From NCBI GenBank assembly GCA_002104945.1, contig MCFH01000001.1, positions 992,001-1,056,000 on the forward strand: a stretch of DNA of 64,000 nt. The letters run 5' to 3'. The notes under the pieces were generated by a model, which ran no database searches, was not told the DNA's origin, and worked only from the letters and a program-made list of their open reading frames with translations. Shown here piece after piece: positions 28,642-42,326 of this stretch (within the stretch, counting starts at the first letter, position 1; each line of letters begins with the position of its first letter). The DNA is from Piromyces finnis finn (lineage: Eukaryota; Fungi; Neocallimastigomycota). Position numbers and translations under genes: made by a program.

Positions 28642-31600
28642 ATGTCTTTTTTCGACGAAACTGATAGTCTATTTGACATATTTGATACAGAAAATGAAGT
28701 AAATGATTTAACAAAAATTAAACCACCAGTTCCAATAGAAACAATAAAACCTATTAAAAGAACAATTGATGAAGATAAAGATAGTGAAAGTGATGAAGTA
28801 GAAGATTCAAATAAAGTAACAAAAAAACCAAAAATTGATAATATCAAAACTGGAATTAAACCAGTTCAAAATCCAATTTTAGCTGATGATTTTGAACAAA
28901 ATGTTCAAAAAGATGTAAAATTTAATATTGATGAATATGAATTAAAAGAAAAAACTAAAAATAATGAGAATAATGGAGCTATTGAAAATGTTAATATAAC
29001 TGACAATACACAACTTGTTTCATTACAACATCAAGTAAGTTTAATTTGAAATTTCAAATTAATTAAATTTTTAAATTTAAATTTAATAAATATTAAAAAA
29101 AAAAAAAAAAAAAAAAGATAATTTGAATGAATAATTCAAATTAATTAAATTTTGAATTTAAATTTAATAAATATTAGAAAAAAAAAAAGATAATTTGAAT
29201 GAATAATAACTTGAAATAAAAATAAAAATTAATATTTATACGAATACATTTTTTCAATAAATAGGTTCGTCATCAAGTAGCTCTTCCACCAAATTATAAT
29301 TATATTCCAATTTCTCAACATAAACCAAGTGAAAATCCAGCTCGTACATACCCATTCACTCTCGATCCATTCCAACAATGTTCTATTAATTGTATTCAAA
29401 GAAATGAATCAGTATTAGTTAGTGCACATACAAGTGCTGGTAAAACTGTTGTTGCAGAATATGCTATTGCACAAGGTTTAAGAGATAAGCAAAGAGTTGT
29501 ATATACAAGTCCAATTAAGGTAAAAAATAATAATAATAATAATAATAAATTAATTATATTGTTATTCATTTAATAAAATATAGTATCATATTAAAAAAAA
29601 TAAATGTTTATATTAAAAATCTATTTATTATATTACTATAAAATTATTTTTCAAATAAATTATAAAAGGCATTATCAAATCAAAAATTCAGAGAATTATC
29701 ACAAGAATTTGGTGATGTCGGTTTAATGACTGGTGATGTTACCATCAATCCAAATGCAAGTTGTCTTGTAATGACAACAGAAATTTTAAGATCTATGCTT
29801 TATCGTGGCAGTGAAGTTATGAGAGAAATTTCATGGGTAGTCTTTGATGAAATTCACTATATGAGAGATAAAGAAAGAGGTGTCGTTTGGGAAGAAACAA
29901 TTATTTTACTTCCAAACCAAGTTCATTATGTATTTTTATCAGCTACTATCCCAAATGCATTCCAATTCGCTGAATGGATATGTAAAATTCACGAACAACC
30001 ATGTCACGTTGTTTATACTGATTATCGTCCAACACCATTACAACATTATCTATTCCCTGCTGGTGGAGATGGTATTCACTTAGCTGTTGATGAAAAAGGT
30101 GTTTTCCGTGAAGACAATTTCCAAAGAGCAATTAGTTATCTCGGTGATAAGGATGATGACTCTAAACAAAAAGCCAAAGGAAAAGGTAAGAAACAAGTCA
30201 AAGGAAAAGGTCAAACAACAGATCTTTATAAAATTATTAAAATGATTATGACAAGAAATTATCAACCAGTTATTGTCTTTTCATTTGCTAAGCGTGAATG
30301 TGAAAATAATGCTTTAATGCTTTCAAAACTTGACTTTAATAATGAAGAAGAAAAGGAAATGATTCATTCTGTTTATACCAATGCAATTTCATCTTTAAGT
30401 GAAGATGATCAACAACTTCCTCAAATTGAACATCTTCTTCCTTTATTAAAAAGAGGTATTGGTATTCACCACTCTGGTTTATTACCAATTTTAAAAGAAG
30501 TTATTGAAATTCTTTTCCAAGAAGGTTTAATTAAAGTTTTATTTGCCACTGAAACTTTCTCAATTGGTTTGAATATGCCTGCAAAAACTGTACTTTTCAC
30601 CTCTGTAAGAAAATTTGATGGTAAGGAAAATAGATGGGTTTCCGGAGGTGAATATATTCAAATGAGTGGTAGAGCAGGTAGACGTGGTCTTGATGACAGA
30701 GGTATTGTTATTTTAATGTTAGATGAAAAGATGGAACCAGCCGTAGCTAAGGGAATGTTAAAGGGTGTAGCTGATAGACTTAATAGTGCTTTCCATCTTA
30801 GTTATAATATGATATTAAACTTATTAAGAGTTGAAGGTATTAGTCCTGAATTTATGTTAGAAAGATGTTTCTACCAATTCCAAAATTGTGCAAAAATTCC
30901 AGAACTTATTGATGATTTAAGTAAATTAGAAGATGAAAAGAATGCTATTAAAATTGAAAATGAAAGCGAGATAGCAGAATATTACGAAATTCGTAAACAA
31001 TTAAATCAATACAAGAGAGATAAAAGAACCATTATGAATAATCCACAATATATACTTCCATATTTACAAACAGGACGTTTAGTAAGAATACGAATTGATG
31101 ATAAAGTTAAGGATGTTGATGCCTTCAAAGATGATGACACTATTCAAGATTATGGTTGGGGTGTAATAATATCAATTCAAAAGAGAATAAATCAAAATAA
31201 ACAAATGGGAGAAGATGCACCACCAAAGTATATATTAGATGTATTATTATACTGTGCTCCTGGAACCGAAAAGAATCCTAAATTAGCTAAACCATGTCCA
31301 AAAAGAACTAAAGGTGAAATGGTTGTTTTACAATGTAATTTAAGTACAATTGATGGCGTTAGTACTATTAGAACAAAGGTACCAAGCAATTTAAAATCAT
31401 CTGATGCTAGAAATCAAGTATACAAGACATTACAAGAAACCAAAAAGAGATTTAAGAACAAAATACCACTTTTAGATCCAGTAGAACATATGAACATTAA
31501 AGAAACTGAATTTATTAATTTATTAAAGGTAAAGATAAATATATATATATATTCTATCTATTATATAGTTTCATTTTTATAAAAGTTTAAAAAATTATGA

Positions 31601-32598
31601 AATCATGAAAAAAAAAAAAAAAAAGAAAAAAATACTAATTTAAAATATATCTATATCTATATATTATTATTATTATTATTATTTACCATTTTTATATCTA
31701 CTAAATGAATAATTAAATAGAAAATCGAAATTCTAGAAAATAGATTAGACAAGTGTGAAATAAAGAATGAAGAAAATTTAGAAGAAATATATAATAAGTA
31801 CCACTCTAAAATAAAGGTTGATGATAAGATCAAGGTGGTTAAAAAAGAAATTCAACATGCCCAAAGTGTTCTTCAATTAGACGAATTAAAGGCAAGAAAG
31901 CGTATTTTAAGAAGATTAGGATACACTTCATCTGCCGATATTATTGAATTAAAGGGACGTGTTGCTTGTGAAATTTCTACAGGGGATGAATTAATTTTAA
32001 CAGAAATGATATTTAATGGTTTATTCAATGAATTAACTGTAGAACAAACCGTTGCCTTATTAAGTTGTTTTGTATTCCAAGAAAATTCCAAAGAAGAAAA
32101 TTACACGATAAGAGAAGAATTAAAGGGACCCTACAGAACCTTACAAGAAACAGCTCGTCGTATTGCAAAGGTTAGTATTGAATCTAAATTAGGTATTGAT
32201 GAAGAAGAATATGTTAAAAGTTTCACACCACAACTTATGGATATGGTTTTTGCCTGGTGTAATGGAGCTAAATTTAGTCAAATTTGTAAGATGACCGATA
32301 TATTTGAAGGTTCTATTATTCGTGCCATTCGTCGTTTAGAAGAATTATTAAGACAAATGTGTATTGCCGCCAAGAGTATTGGTAATACAGAATTGGAAAA
32401 TAAATTCTCTGAAGGTAATATACATTTTTTTTTTTTTAAAGAAAAATATATATATATTATCATGATCATGATAGTATTATTAAAAAAAAAGCAATAAAAC
32501 TCATTTTTTTTCTTTCATTTAACAAAATAATATATCAATTATTAGGTATATCAAAAATCCACAGAGATATTGTATTTGCTGCAAGTTTATATCTTTAA
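28642..32598 (+). CDS. MTR4: Ski2-like nuclear exosome RNA helicase Mtr4, 5 exons
   Basis: [51 protein letters not shown], arch/KOW region, KGRVACEIS and the terminal [13 protein letters not shown]. Confidence 0.97.
29053..29206 (+). repeat. Two-copy tandem duplication (about 82 and 72 bp) in MTR4 intron 1
   Basis: TTCAAATTAATTAAATTTT..AATTTAAATTTAATAAATATTA(A)nGATAATTTGAATGAATAA occurs at 29053 and 29135, differing mainly in A-tract length. Confidence 0.9.
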
Positions 32599-33216
32599 TT
32601 TATTTATTTATTTTTTTTTTTCAACGTAACAATACTTTCATCACATTTACTTTATTTAGTTTACCTCATTTTAATCTATATCAATACATTTAAAAAAAAA
32701 AAAAAAAAATCTTTATATTTTTTATTTAATCCTTTGAAGAAATATTGAAATAAAATAAAACAAAAAAAAAAAATAATAATAATATATAAATTAATGAATT
32801 CCTATTATAATAGACAATATTTTTTTTTCCCCGTTATTAGATTATCTATCCACTTTTTATTAAAAAATAAAAATAAAAAAAAAATTAATAAAATAAAATT
32901 TAAAAAAAAAAAGGCATTATTTAAATATAAAAGATGGTATGGATGGGTGTCATTCTTTTATTATTTATTTTATTTATTTTCATTTTATTGAGGGTTTTTC
33001 ATAATATAATTTTGTATAATTCCTATTCATAAATAATAATGGGAAAAAAAAAAAAAAAGAAACGATAAAAAAAATAATAAATTATACTATTAAAAAAATA
33101 ATATCAAAATAAATTTAGTTTTTCAATTCATGGGTAAAAGAAGAGGGAGGAAAGAATAGGAAAGGAAAAAAAAAAAAAAAAAAAAAAAAAAAGGTGGGGG
33201 AATCTGGAATTAAGAT

Positions 33217-34558
33217 TTATTCTATATCTAGAAATTCTGGTACAAAAGCACTAAAATATAATCTAGCATGATTTAATCCATATCTTATTTTTCCTAAAAT
33301 ATTTATAGAATAGGCAATATAGACCATTAAAGCAAAAGTGATGTATTTAAATGGTATAAAAATGCTTGTATCCATATAATACTATTAATGAAAAATTTTC
33401 AAAGTTTTATGAATTTAAAAACATAATATATATATATATATAATTAATACAAATTCCATATATATAAGACATTAAATATGAAAATATATATGATATGATA
33501 TATTTAACACTATACCAATATTTTATTCAAAGTTAGCGAAATTTTTAATTGAGTTTGATAAAGTTTAGAAGGTGATTTTGGAAGTCGATTATACCATTCT
33601 TGATTCATCCAATCTTCGACAGCAAATTTTACTAATTTTTTATAACTTGTAGAGTTTGTATAGGTGACTGCATTTCCCTTATGCAACCTTTATTTAAAAA
33701 AAAAAAAATTTATTAATAAAATATTTACATTTACCTTTAAAATATTTTTTTTTTTGAAATATTTACACTTTAATGGTTGGAAATTCTTTGACTTCAAGTA
33801 ATGCTGAAACATCTACACTTTCATAAGCATTTATTTGTGCAAATTTCAAATCTTTTATAATTAGTCTCTTTTTAATTTTTAATTCTTCTTCTTTTTTATC
33901 TTTTTCAACAATAGAATTATCAGTTGATTCTGAAGATTTTTTTTCATTTTCATCTAATGACATTTTTCCTGATAACAAAAGTTCATTGATTTTTTTTACA
34001 TCTTTTACAACATCTTTCCAAGTTTTTTGAAAGTGAAGAGAATATGGACACCTTCATTTCAATATAAAAAGTATATATATATATATATATATATAATATG
34101 GGAAGAGAAAAAAAAAAAAGGATGAAAACACCGTATATTTATATTAATCTTTTAATACTTTAATTATATAATAAAAAAAAAAAAAAAAAAAAAAAAAGAC
34201 CTTACCATGGAGAATATATTTGAACAAGCCAAGTTCCATTATATAATTTTTGATAATTAGTACTATCAATTCTTTCTATTCCTAAACTTTCTTGAATTTC
34301 AAATTCAGTTTCTCTTTCTTTATCCTTAGCCTCTGTTATACTTTTTATTTTATCTGCATACTTTGAATATACACTTGAAAAAACATGTTTCATACCTGGG
34401 AATAGATTGCTTAAATTATTGTTTGATGGTAGTGAACAAGAACCTTCAGGATCGGTAGAACAAAACATTTCAGAATCATTAATTGAATCGGCAAAACATT
34501 TTGTAATGACTATTGTAGTTAAATAAAATAAAAAAGGAAATTCCAGATTTAACTTCAT
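33217..34558 (-). CDS. ER thioredoxin-like membrane protein (TMX-like), CXXS active site, about 4 exons
   Basis: Signal peptide, then GTWLVQIYSPWCPYS spliced across intron 1, FAQINAYESVDVSALLEVKEFPTIK, KLVKFAVEDW and a C-terminal hydrophobic segment. Stop at 33217-33219. Confidence 0.75.
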
Positions 34559-35650
34559 TTTTTTTTTTTTTTTTTACTTGTACTTGGTTGGTATATATTT
34601 AATGATTGTTTCAGAAAGTTTTTTTTTTATTATTATTATTTTTTTTTATATTTTACTTATTTTACTTTTATACAGATAGATAAATATTATATTATATAAT
34701 TATTATATCTCTTTTTTAATATAATTTTGTTTTTAATTTTGTTTTTGTTTTTTTCTCAATACTATAATTTAAAAATTTTATATATGCATACATCTAATTT
34801 TATTTTATTTTATTTTTTTACTATTTCCTTTTTATTTAGTTGATTTTTTTTTTTAAAAAAAAAAAAAAAAGTTTTAAAGTGGTTTGAATAATATAATTGT
34901 AAACAGATATAAAAATATAAATTATTGAATATAATATATATTCATATTCTTCTTATTATATGCTTGTTTTTTTCTTTTTTTTTCTCTCTCTCTCTCTTTT
35001 TATTTAATTGAAATTTGGTAGGGAGAGGGTCAATAGGAAAACTTTTTTTTTTTTTAATAAAAAAAATTTAAAAGTTAATTTGTTTTATTACACAAAAAAA
35101 AATAATTATTTTAAATTAAATCTAACCTATTCGTTGATTGGAAATGAATTTTATGGATGGAAAATAAAAATATTTAACTATAAAATATTGTACGACGACA
35201 AAGATTTTATAGTAAAATATATAGGATTGGTACTATTATAAAGCAATAGTGAAACTATTATAAAAAAAAAAAAAAAGCTTTTTATCAAATTAAGAAATAG
35301 TATTTATTTTTATTTAAACACAATTATACTATTATACTATTATTCTATTATTATTATTATGTTTATTATTATATTTATTATATAAAGAAGTAAAAAAGTT
35401 TTTTTTTTTTTTTGTTATTAAATTAAATATTTTAATAGGAATTATTTATTTATTATTTTTATTTTCATTTTTTTTTTCCTTTAAATGAAAATGTGCATAA
35501 TGTAAATGCAATGACTATATATATAAACATGCAAAAAAAAAAAAATAAAATAAAAATAAAAATAAAAAATTATTTGTATAAACCATTTGAATTAAAAAAA
35601 AAAAAAAAAATGGAAATGGTCAATTTTTTAAATGATAATAGATCCTTAAT

Positions 35651-38439
35651 CTATATGTAATATTCTTTTTGAAATTTTGTAATTTTTAAACATAATTTTT
35701 CTAACATTTCTAAGCCGTTATTCGAATCATCATTCTCAGAAAATGATGTCATAGAATCAGCATTATCCGTAATCATATCTTCTGAATATTTACCCTCATT
35801 TTTATACTCTTTTATATCTACTTTTTCTCCTGACTGTATTTTAGAATTTAATCTATTCTTTCTATACAATTCTTTTATTTCATCTCTGGTACGATTTAAA
35901 TATTCCAATATTTGTTTAGCTCGTTTATTCATTTCATGAATAGATGCTTTTTGATTTGGATATTTCACTTTAATGGTGGTGGTACTATTACTACTACTAC
36001 TACTTTTATGATGAGAACTAGAATGGGTTATCATTGAAGATTGTTGATAATTTATTCTATGAGAATTTCGGGTGGAGTGTCTTTTTGATATATGTATGTT
36101 TGTTGTATTTGACGATGAATTGGTATTTTGATTAAGAGAATCAATATCATCATATCCATTGCGATAAGTTGAAGAATTATATAGATCTGATTTTGAATCC
36201 TCTGTATCATTACTATTCCTGGTATTTCTTATACTAGACTTTCTATTTGGAGTTGGGGAACGACCAGAATTTTCTATATCCCCTAATTCTAATGATTTCA
36301 ATAGATGAGAATCATTCATTAAATTTCTTTTATTCTTTGATATTTTATCATTGATTCCATTCGTAGTTTTATCCTCTGATTTTATATCTTGCTTTGGATC
36401 TAATGGTAGACTTAATTCAATATTTAATTTAGATCCCTTTCTCTCTTTTTTAATCTTTATTGAATCTTCTTGTTTTATTAAATCACTCTTTTTACCGCCA
36501 GATTTATCATCATAGACTGGATCATCCTTTTTAATTTTAATTTTTCCTGAATTAAATAAAGTTAATTAAAAAAAAATCAGTATTATGAATAGGTTTAAAT
36601 AACGGGATAGGATTATTTTTTTAAATTAATAATTACCATGATCAGATTCATCACCCAATTCAAATTTTGATTTTCTCAATGAATTATTATCATGCTTTTT
36701 ATTAAATAAGTTTCTTGATGTTTTACCATCACCTCTTGGTATATAATCATCATCATCATTATCATCTTCAATATCGTCAATATCATCCATTTCATCATAA
36801 TCATCATCATCGTATGCTTTATGCGATGATTTATGATGTCTTCTTGAGTCTTTATTTACACTATCTTTTAATTTTGATCCATTATCATTATTATCATATT
36901 CCGAATGAACTTTTCTAATTTTTTTAGCCTTTTCTATTGAACCATCGGAATTATTTGAAGAATAAGATAAATCTTGAGAAAAATTACGAGTTGCCTTTCT
37001 TTTTTTCTTTCCATTAGTAGTAGATGATGGTTCACTTTCACCACTAGATATATTTGCATTAAGATTTAATATAGCATTATAATTTTGAGATGCCTCAAGA
37101 CTATTCATTGTATTTCTTTTCTTGGGAGAGGATGTTAACTGGGAGTAACTTTTGGAAGGTGGACTATTTGGATTATTTGATGCTTTCTTGGATCTAATAT
37201 TATAAAATAGAATTAATTAATTATTACATCTTTTATGTATTTTAAAAAATTGTTTTAAAAAGTTTTTTTCTTCATATACTGTATTTCCTATATAACCCAA
37301 TAATGTTTCAAAATAGATATTAATATTTTTATAATTTATTATAAACGCTCTATCATCTCTTTTCACCATTCATCCTTTCATTTTTGAAGTTTTTTTTTTT
37401 TTTGGTATTTTTTTTTTAAATATATTAATTTTATATTTAATTAATTTTTTAAAAAAATTAAATCAAAATTAAATTTGTATTATTTAAATAATATATGTTT
37501 AAATGATTTGTAATATATTATTGTGATATATTATTTATATTGTTTATATATAAATTAATATGTATTACAATTTATTATATTAATATTTAAATAATAAACA
37601 TTTATTTATATCTAAATTTATTTTTCTTCTTTTAATATAATCCATGATTAAAATAATATATATATATATTTCTTTAAACTTTTAGTAGAAGAGACATTGG
37701 TCATTTTAGATATTGTGTTATTATTATTATTTGTAAAACTTTTATTTATACTACTACTTGTTTATATTTATATAAATAAAAAATATATGAATATAGTTTA
37801 TATTAGTTAAAAACTAAATTAAAGCTTACTTGTTTAAAAGATGGGAATTATAAGGATGATATTCTGGGCGGCATTTTTGACAGTAATAATTTTTTGGTGT
37901 ATTTTTTTTTGTAATATTTACACAAGCACCGTGTTGCCAAACACCACAGTCTTCACATTGTATCATTAAACCATCGTAATGAGCTATGAAAATAAAAAAG
38001 AATCATTTTATTTTATTATTTATATACATAATTGTTTTTTATTATTATTGTTGTTGTTGTCGTCATTATTAATGTAGTTGATATAGTTGATATCATTGTT
38101 ATTATTAATAGTATTGTAGTTGATAGGGTTGTTGTTGTTATTATTAGTAGTATTGTAGTTGATAGGGTTGTTGTTGTTATTATTAGTAGTATTGTAGTTG
38201 ATAGGGTTGTTGTTGTTATTATTAATAGTATCGTAGTTGATAGGGTTGTTGTTATTATTAATAGTATTGTGGTGGTGGTGGTGGTTGATAGTAGATAGTA
38301 GTATAAATATTTTTATTATTAGAATTTATTATATTGCCAAAATAAAAGTTAATATAAAACGTTTGATACACTTACGACTGTTTTTACCACAAATACATTG
38401 AGTAACTGCACTTCCTTCGTCATCAGATATATTTGACAT
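35651..38439 (-). CDS. CTI6: Cti6-like PHD-finger subunit of the Rpd3L histone deacetylase complex, 4 exons
   Basis: TQCICG..GLMIQCEDCGVWQHGACV..YYCQKCRPEYH (PHD finger), KKRNTMNS, and C-terminal KYPNQKASIHEMNKRAKQILEYLNRT matching the Cti6 EM.KR...ILE..SRT motif. Confidence 0.82.
38101..38270. repeat. 39-bp minisatellite (about 4.3 copies) in CTI6 intron 1
   Basis: Unit ATTATTA(A/G)TAGTAT(T/C)GTAGTTGATAGGGTTGTTGTTGTT is repeated. The flanking exons splice in phase (NS-P-HYDG), so the array is intronic. Confidence 0.9.
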
Positions 38440-38504
38440 TTTATATTATATTAACTAAATATTCCATATAATATATAATAATAAATTTCTAATTAGTAAC
38501 ACTA

Positions 38505-38544
<40 letters not shown>

Positions 38545-41500
38545 TTTTTTTTGAAAATTTGAACTTGAAAAAAGAAACATATACATATATTTAAACCGAT
38601 ATTGTCTTTAATGCAACTTCATAATACTAAACCATAATATAAATTTATTCTCGATTGTTTTGAAATTATTTCTATGGAATGTTTAGTAATAATATTTTAT
38701 TCCAAATACATAATTACAATTAAATTTCGTATTCTCTTATGATTTTATCTTTTTTTTTTTTTTTAACGAATAAAAGTATCTTTTTTTAATAATAAAATAT
38801 ACTTATTATTCTTTTCTCTTCTTATAAAATTTTCAAATATATAATTGAAATTGAAATTTTTATATTTTATATATTAAACATATTTTTATGAATAGTACTT
38901 TTACTATTAGGTTTTATTGTTGTTTACCTCTTTTATAATAATCATAACTATTATTATTAATATTGTATTTTTATTATGTTAAAACTAAATGTTTAAATTT
39001 TTATTATAATTAAATGAAAGAATACAAAAAAAAAGAAATATCTAATTATTTTCTTTTTTTTTTAATAAATCTTTTTTTTTCTTTTTAGTCCTCAATATTT
39101 CTTTTGTTATTATTGTTGTTGTTGTTATTTATTCTCTTTTATATATTTTATAAAACTTTTTTTTTTCTCTTCTAATTACATAATTATATATATATATTTA
39201 AAAAAAAAAAAAAACTTTTTATAATAATATATTTAAAGAAATACTTGCCTTTAACTAAATATTATAGGTTATAATTTGTTGAAAATAAAATTATTATTAT
39301 TTTTGAAAGGTATATTAAAAGAAATTATTCTGAATTATACTCTTTTTTTTTTTTTTCTGAATATTTATTGAACAATTTAATTTCAAAAAAATTAAAGAGT
39401 AAATTATTGTAATGGAACTAAATGAAAAAGTTTTTTTTTTTTGAATAAATGTTTTACTTTCTATGTTAAAAGGGAAATATGGTAAAAAAAAAAAAAGGAA
39501 AAGGGAAAAGTTTATTAAATAAATAAAAGAGTGTAAAGTTAAAAAAGTAAATTGAACAATTTATAAAAAAGAAGAAAAATAAAAATAAAAAAAAAAAAAA
39601 AAAGAATATTATAATTTTTTTTATATTAAATATTTCAATTTTATTTTTTTTTTTATTAATCATTTTAAAAAAAAAAAAAATTTAAAAATGAAATATTTAA
39701 TATATTATCAATTTATTTTGTATTATATTGTAATATATTGTTTTATATATTTTTATATGAATTCTTTTAACATCCTTGAAATTTTACATACACACCACAC
39801 CCTCACCACACACACACACCATAATGATAGAACTCTGAAATATATAAAAAAAAAAAGGTATATGAGCTTTAAATACAATTTCTAGTGTATGATACTAAAT
39901 ATAAAGAATAATGAATAATGAATATAATATTAAAAAGACTTTAAAATAAAAAGAGTATAAAAAAAAAAAAAAACTCGATAAAGAAAAAGTAGATTAACTC
40001 AATTGTAGACACATTTATGATATCAATACTACTAGATGAATTTTTCTTTTTTATTTTGCTTTAATTTTATTAAAAGATTTAATATTTATTATATCAAAAA
40101 AAAAGTATTATATATATTACACTTGGAATATACCATAAAAATTATAATCTAAATACTCTTTTCGTATAATCACAATATTTCTTTTTTGTTTTAAAAGGTG
40201 TCTTTGTTCATTACGGATTACCTATAATAAAAAGTTTAAGCAATAAGCTTTTTTTTTATAAACCTTTACTAATTTGATTGTTTTTGCTTTTCATAATGAT
40301 AATTAATTTACTAAATATTTATATTTTCTCTCTCTATTATCCTTATTTCTATATATAATACGATACGATACAAATAAAAGATTAAAAAATTACCCATTTA
40401 AAAAAAAAAAAAAAAACACTTCATAGATTACTTTATAATATTTTTTTAATAAGGTTATTAATAAATATGAATGAATACTCTTGTGGATAAAGGTAATATT
40501 ATTATATTTTATAAAGATTATATCATTCTAATTTATTTTATTTTTTTACATTCAACTCTTTTTTTTTCTTTTTGAAAAAGGTCTTTTTTTTTTTTTTATT
40601 TTTAGAAAATAATAATAAATATAATTATAGAGTAACAACAACTAAAAACCTTAATTAATTTTAATCTATATTAAAATAATAAATTAATCAATATTTCCAT
40701 TTTAATATATTTTAATATATGAATTAAATTAACTTTAATTTTTTAAAGGATTAAATCTTGGTAAGATTTTGGAAAATTAGGTTTTGATGAAGGAAGAAGT
40801 GTAAAAGCATGAAAAAAAAAAGTCAAATAGAGATAAAAAAATAAAATAAAAAAAAAAGTTTGTATATATATCACTATGGTAAAAAAAAAGCAACAACATT
40901 CCATTACTATATAATATTTATATATCTATTCATTCCAATGAAATATTTATTAAAATATATTATATATAGATGGTACTCCAATATCCTATTTTATATAATT
41001 AAAAAAGTTAATATATATAATATTTTGAATTTAGTTGTTGTTGTTGTTGTTGTCGTTATAGTTGTTATAGTTGTTGTTATTATTGTCTCTTATTCATGTA
41101 TTTCAGTAGGTATTTATGTATCTTTCTTGATACTCTTCAAATTATTCTTTTTCCTAAAAAGTAGGATTAATAAAATATTTTATTAATAATTAAACTTTTT
41201 TTTTCTTTTATAAATAATATTTTTTTTAAGTATAATAAAAATAATTAAATAAATAAATAATTAATTAATTAAATAAATTAAAATAAATAAAATAAATAAA
41301 TAAATAAATTATATTAAATAAAAATGGATAATCAATCTTTTAAGATTTACCACCTTAATAAATTTAAAAGTGTATTGTTTATATATATATCAAAAACTTT
41401 TTTTTTATTTCTTTTCTATATTAAATTACTTAAAAAAAAAAAAGAGATAAATCAATAGTGATAAATTATTAAATAATTAAAAGGATACTAAAGTAATAAT

Positions 41501-42326
41501 ATATACTTTTTATTATTATTGTTATTATTATCAAGTATTTAAAATATTTATATAAATAATATACAATAACGAGAAACAAAATATTCATATAGCCATCATA
41601 ATAAAATTTGTGTCAATTTATATTTAATAGTTAATTCAGTAAATTTATTTCTAATACTATTCTAATAATAAGAAATATATAACAATTGTAAAGACAAAAA
41701 GACACTCTTAATATTTATTTTTTATAGAATATAATAAAAGACAATGTTAATATCATTGATAATTTTCAGGAAATCTTTTATATTTTTTAATCGTGAATAA
41801 ATAATTCCCTAATAATTTAAAAATGTGTTTATTATTTATTGTAAAAAAGAAAAAATAAAAATAATCCAATTTATGCAGATTTATTAAAATATATCCAATA
41901 AAAGTAAAATTTATCATTGTTCATGCTATTATTGAAATATTCAAAAAAAAAAAAAAATAGGTTATAATAAATAATAAAATGTGCAATTCAATTGTATTTA
42001 AAAGAAAAATAGTATGTTTTTTTTGTTATTGTTGTTGTTCTATTACTTGTTTTTCAAAAAGATTATATCATGAAATGATAAAAAAAAATAGAAACAATTA
42101 TATAATTAGTAATGATTTTTTAAATAGTAAATTGATCACGAGAATAGTAGCAATAAAAAATTCAATATATGATTATATATGATTTCAAAATATATAGACA
42201 GTACTAAAAGCAAAAATAAAAATAATACAAATAATTTAATCAAATATTCTAATATAATTAAATTTCTATAATTAATTACTATTTTTTATATATTAAAAAA
42301 GGTAGTCAATCTTTTAGTTATTAAAA

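Noticed and set aside
38120-38250. TAGGGTT words resembling telomeric TTAGGG
   Set aside because: They are single words (GATAGGGTT) inside a 39-bp unit, not tandem TTAGGG.
39466-41186. Short F/I/Y/K-rich ORFs in intergenic DNA (also at 35008, 46998, 50756, 57221 and 61696)
   Set aside because: They are translations of homopolymer and AT-rich tracts, with no motifs or splice-consistent partners.
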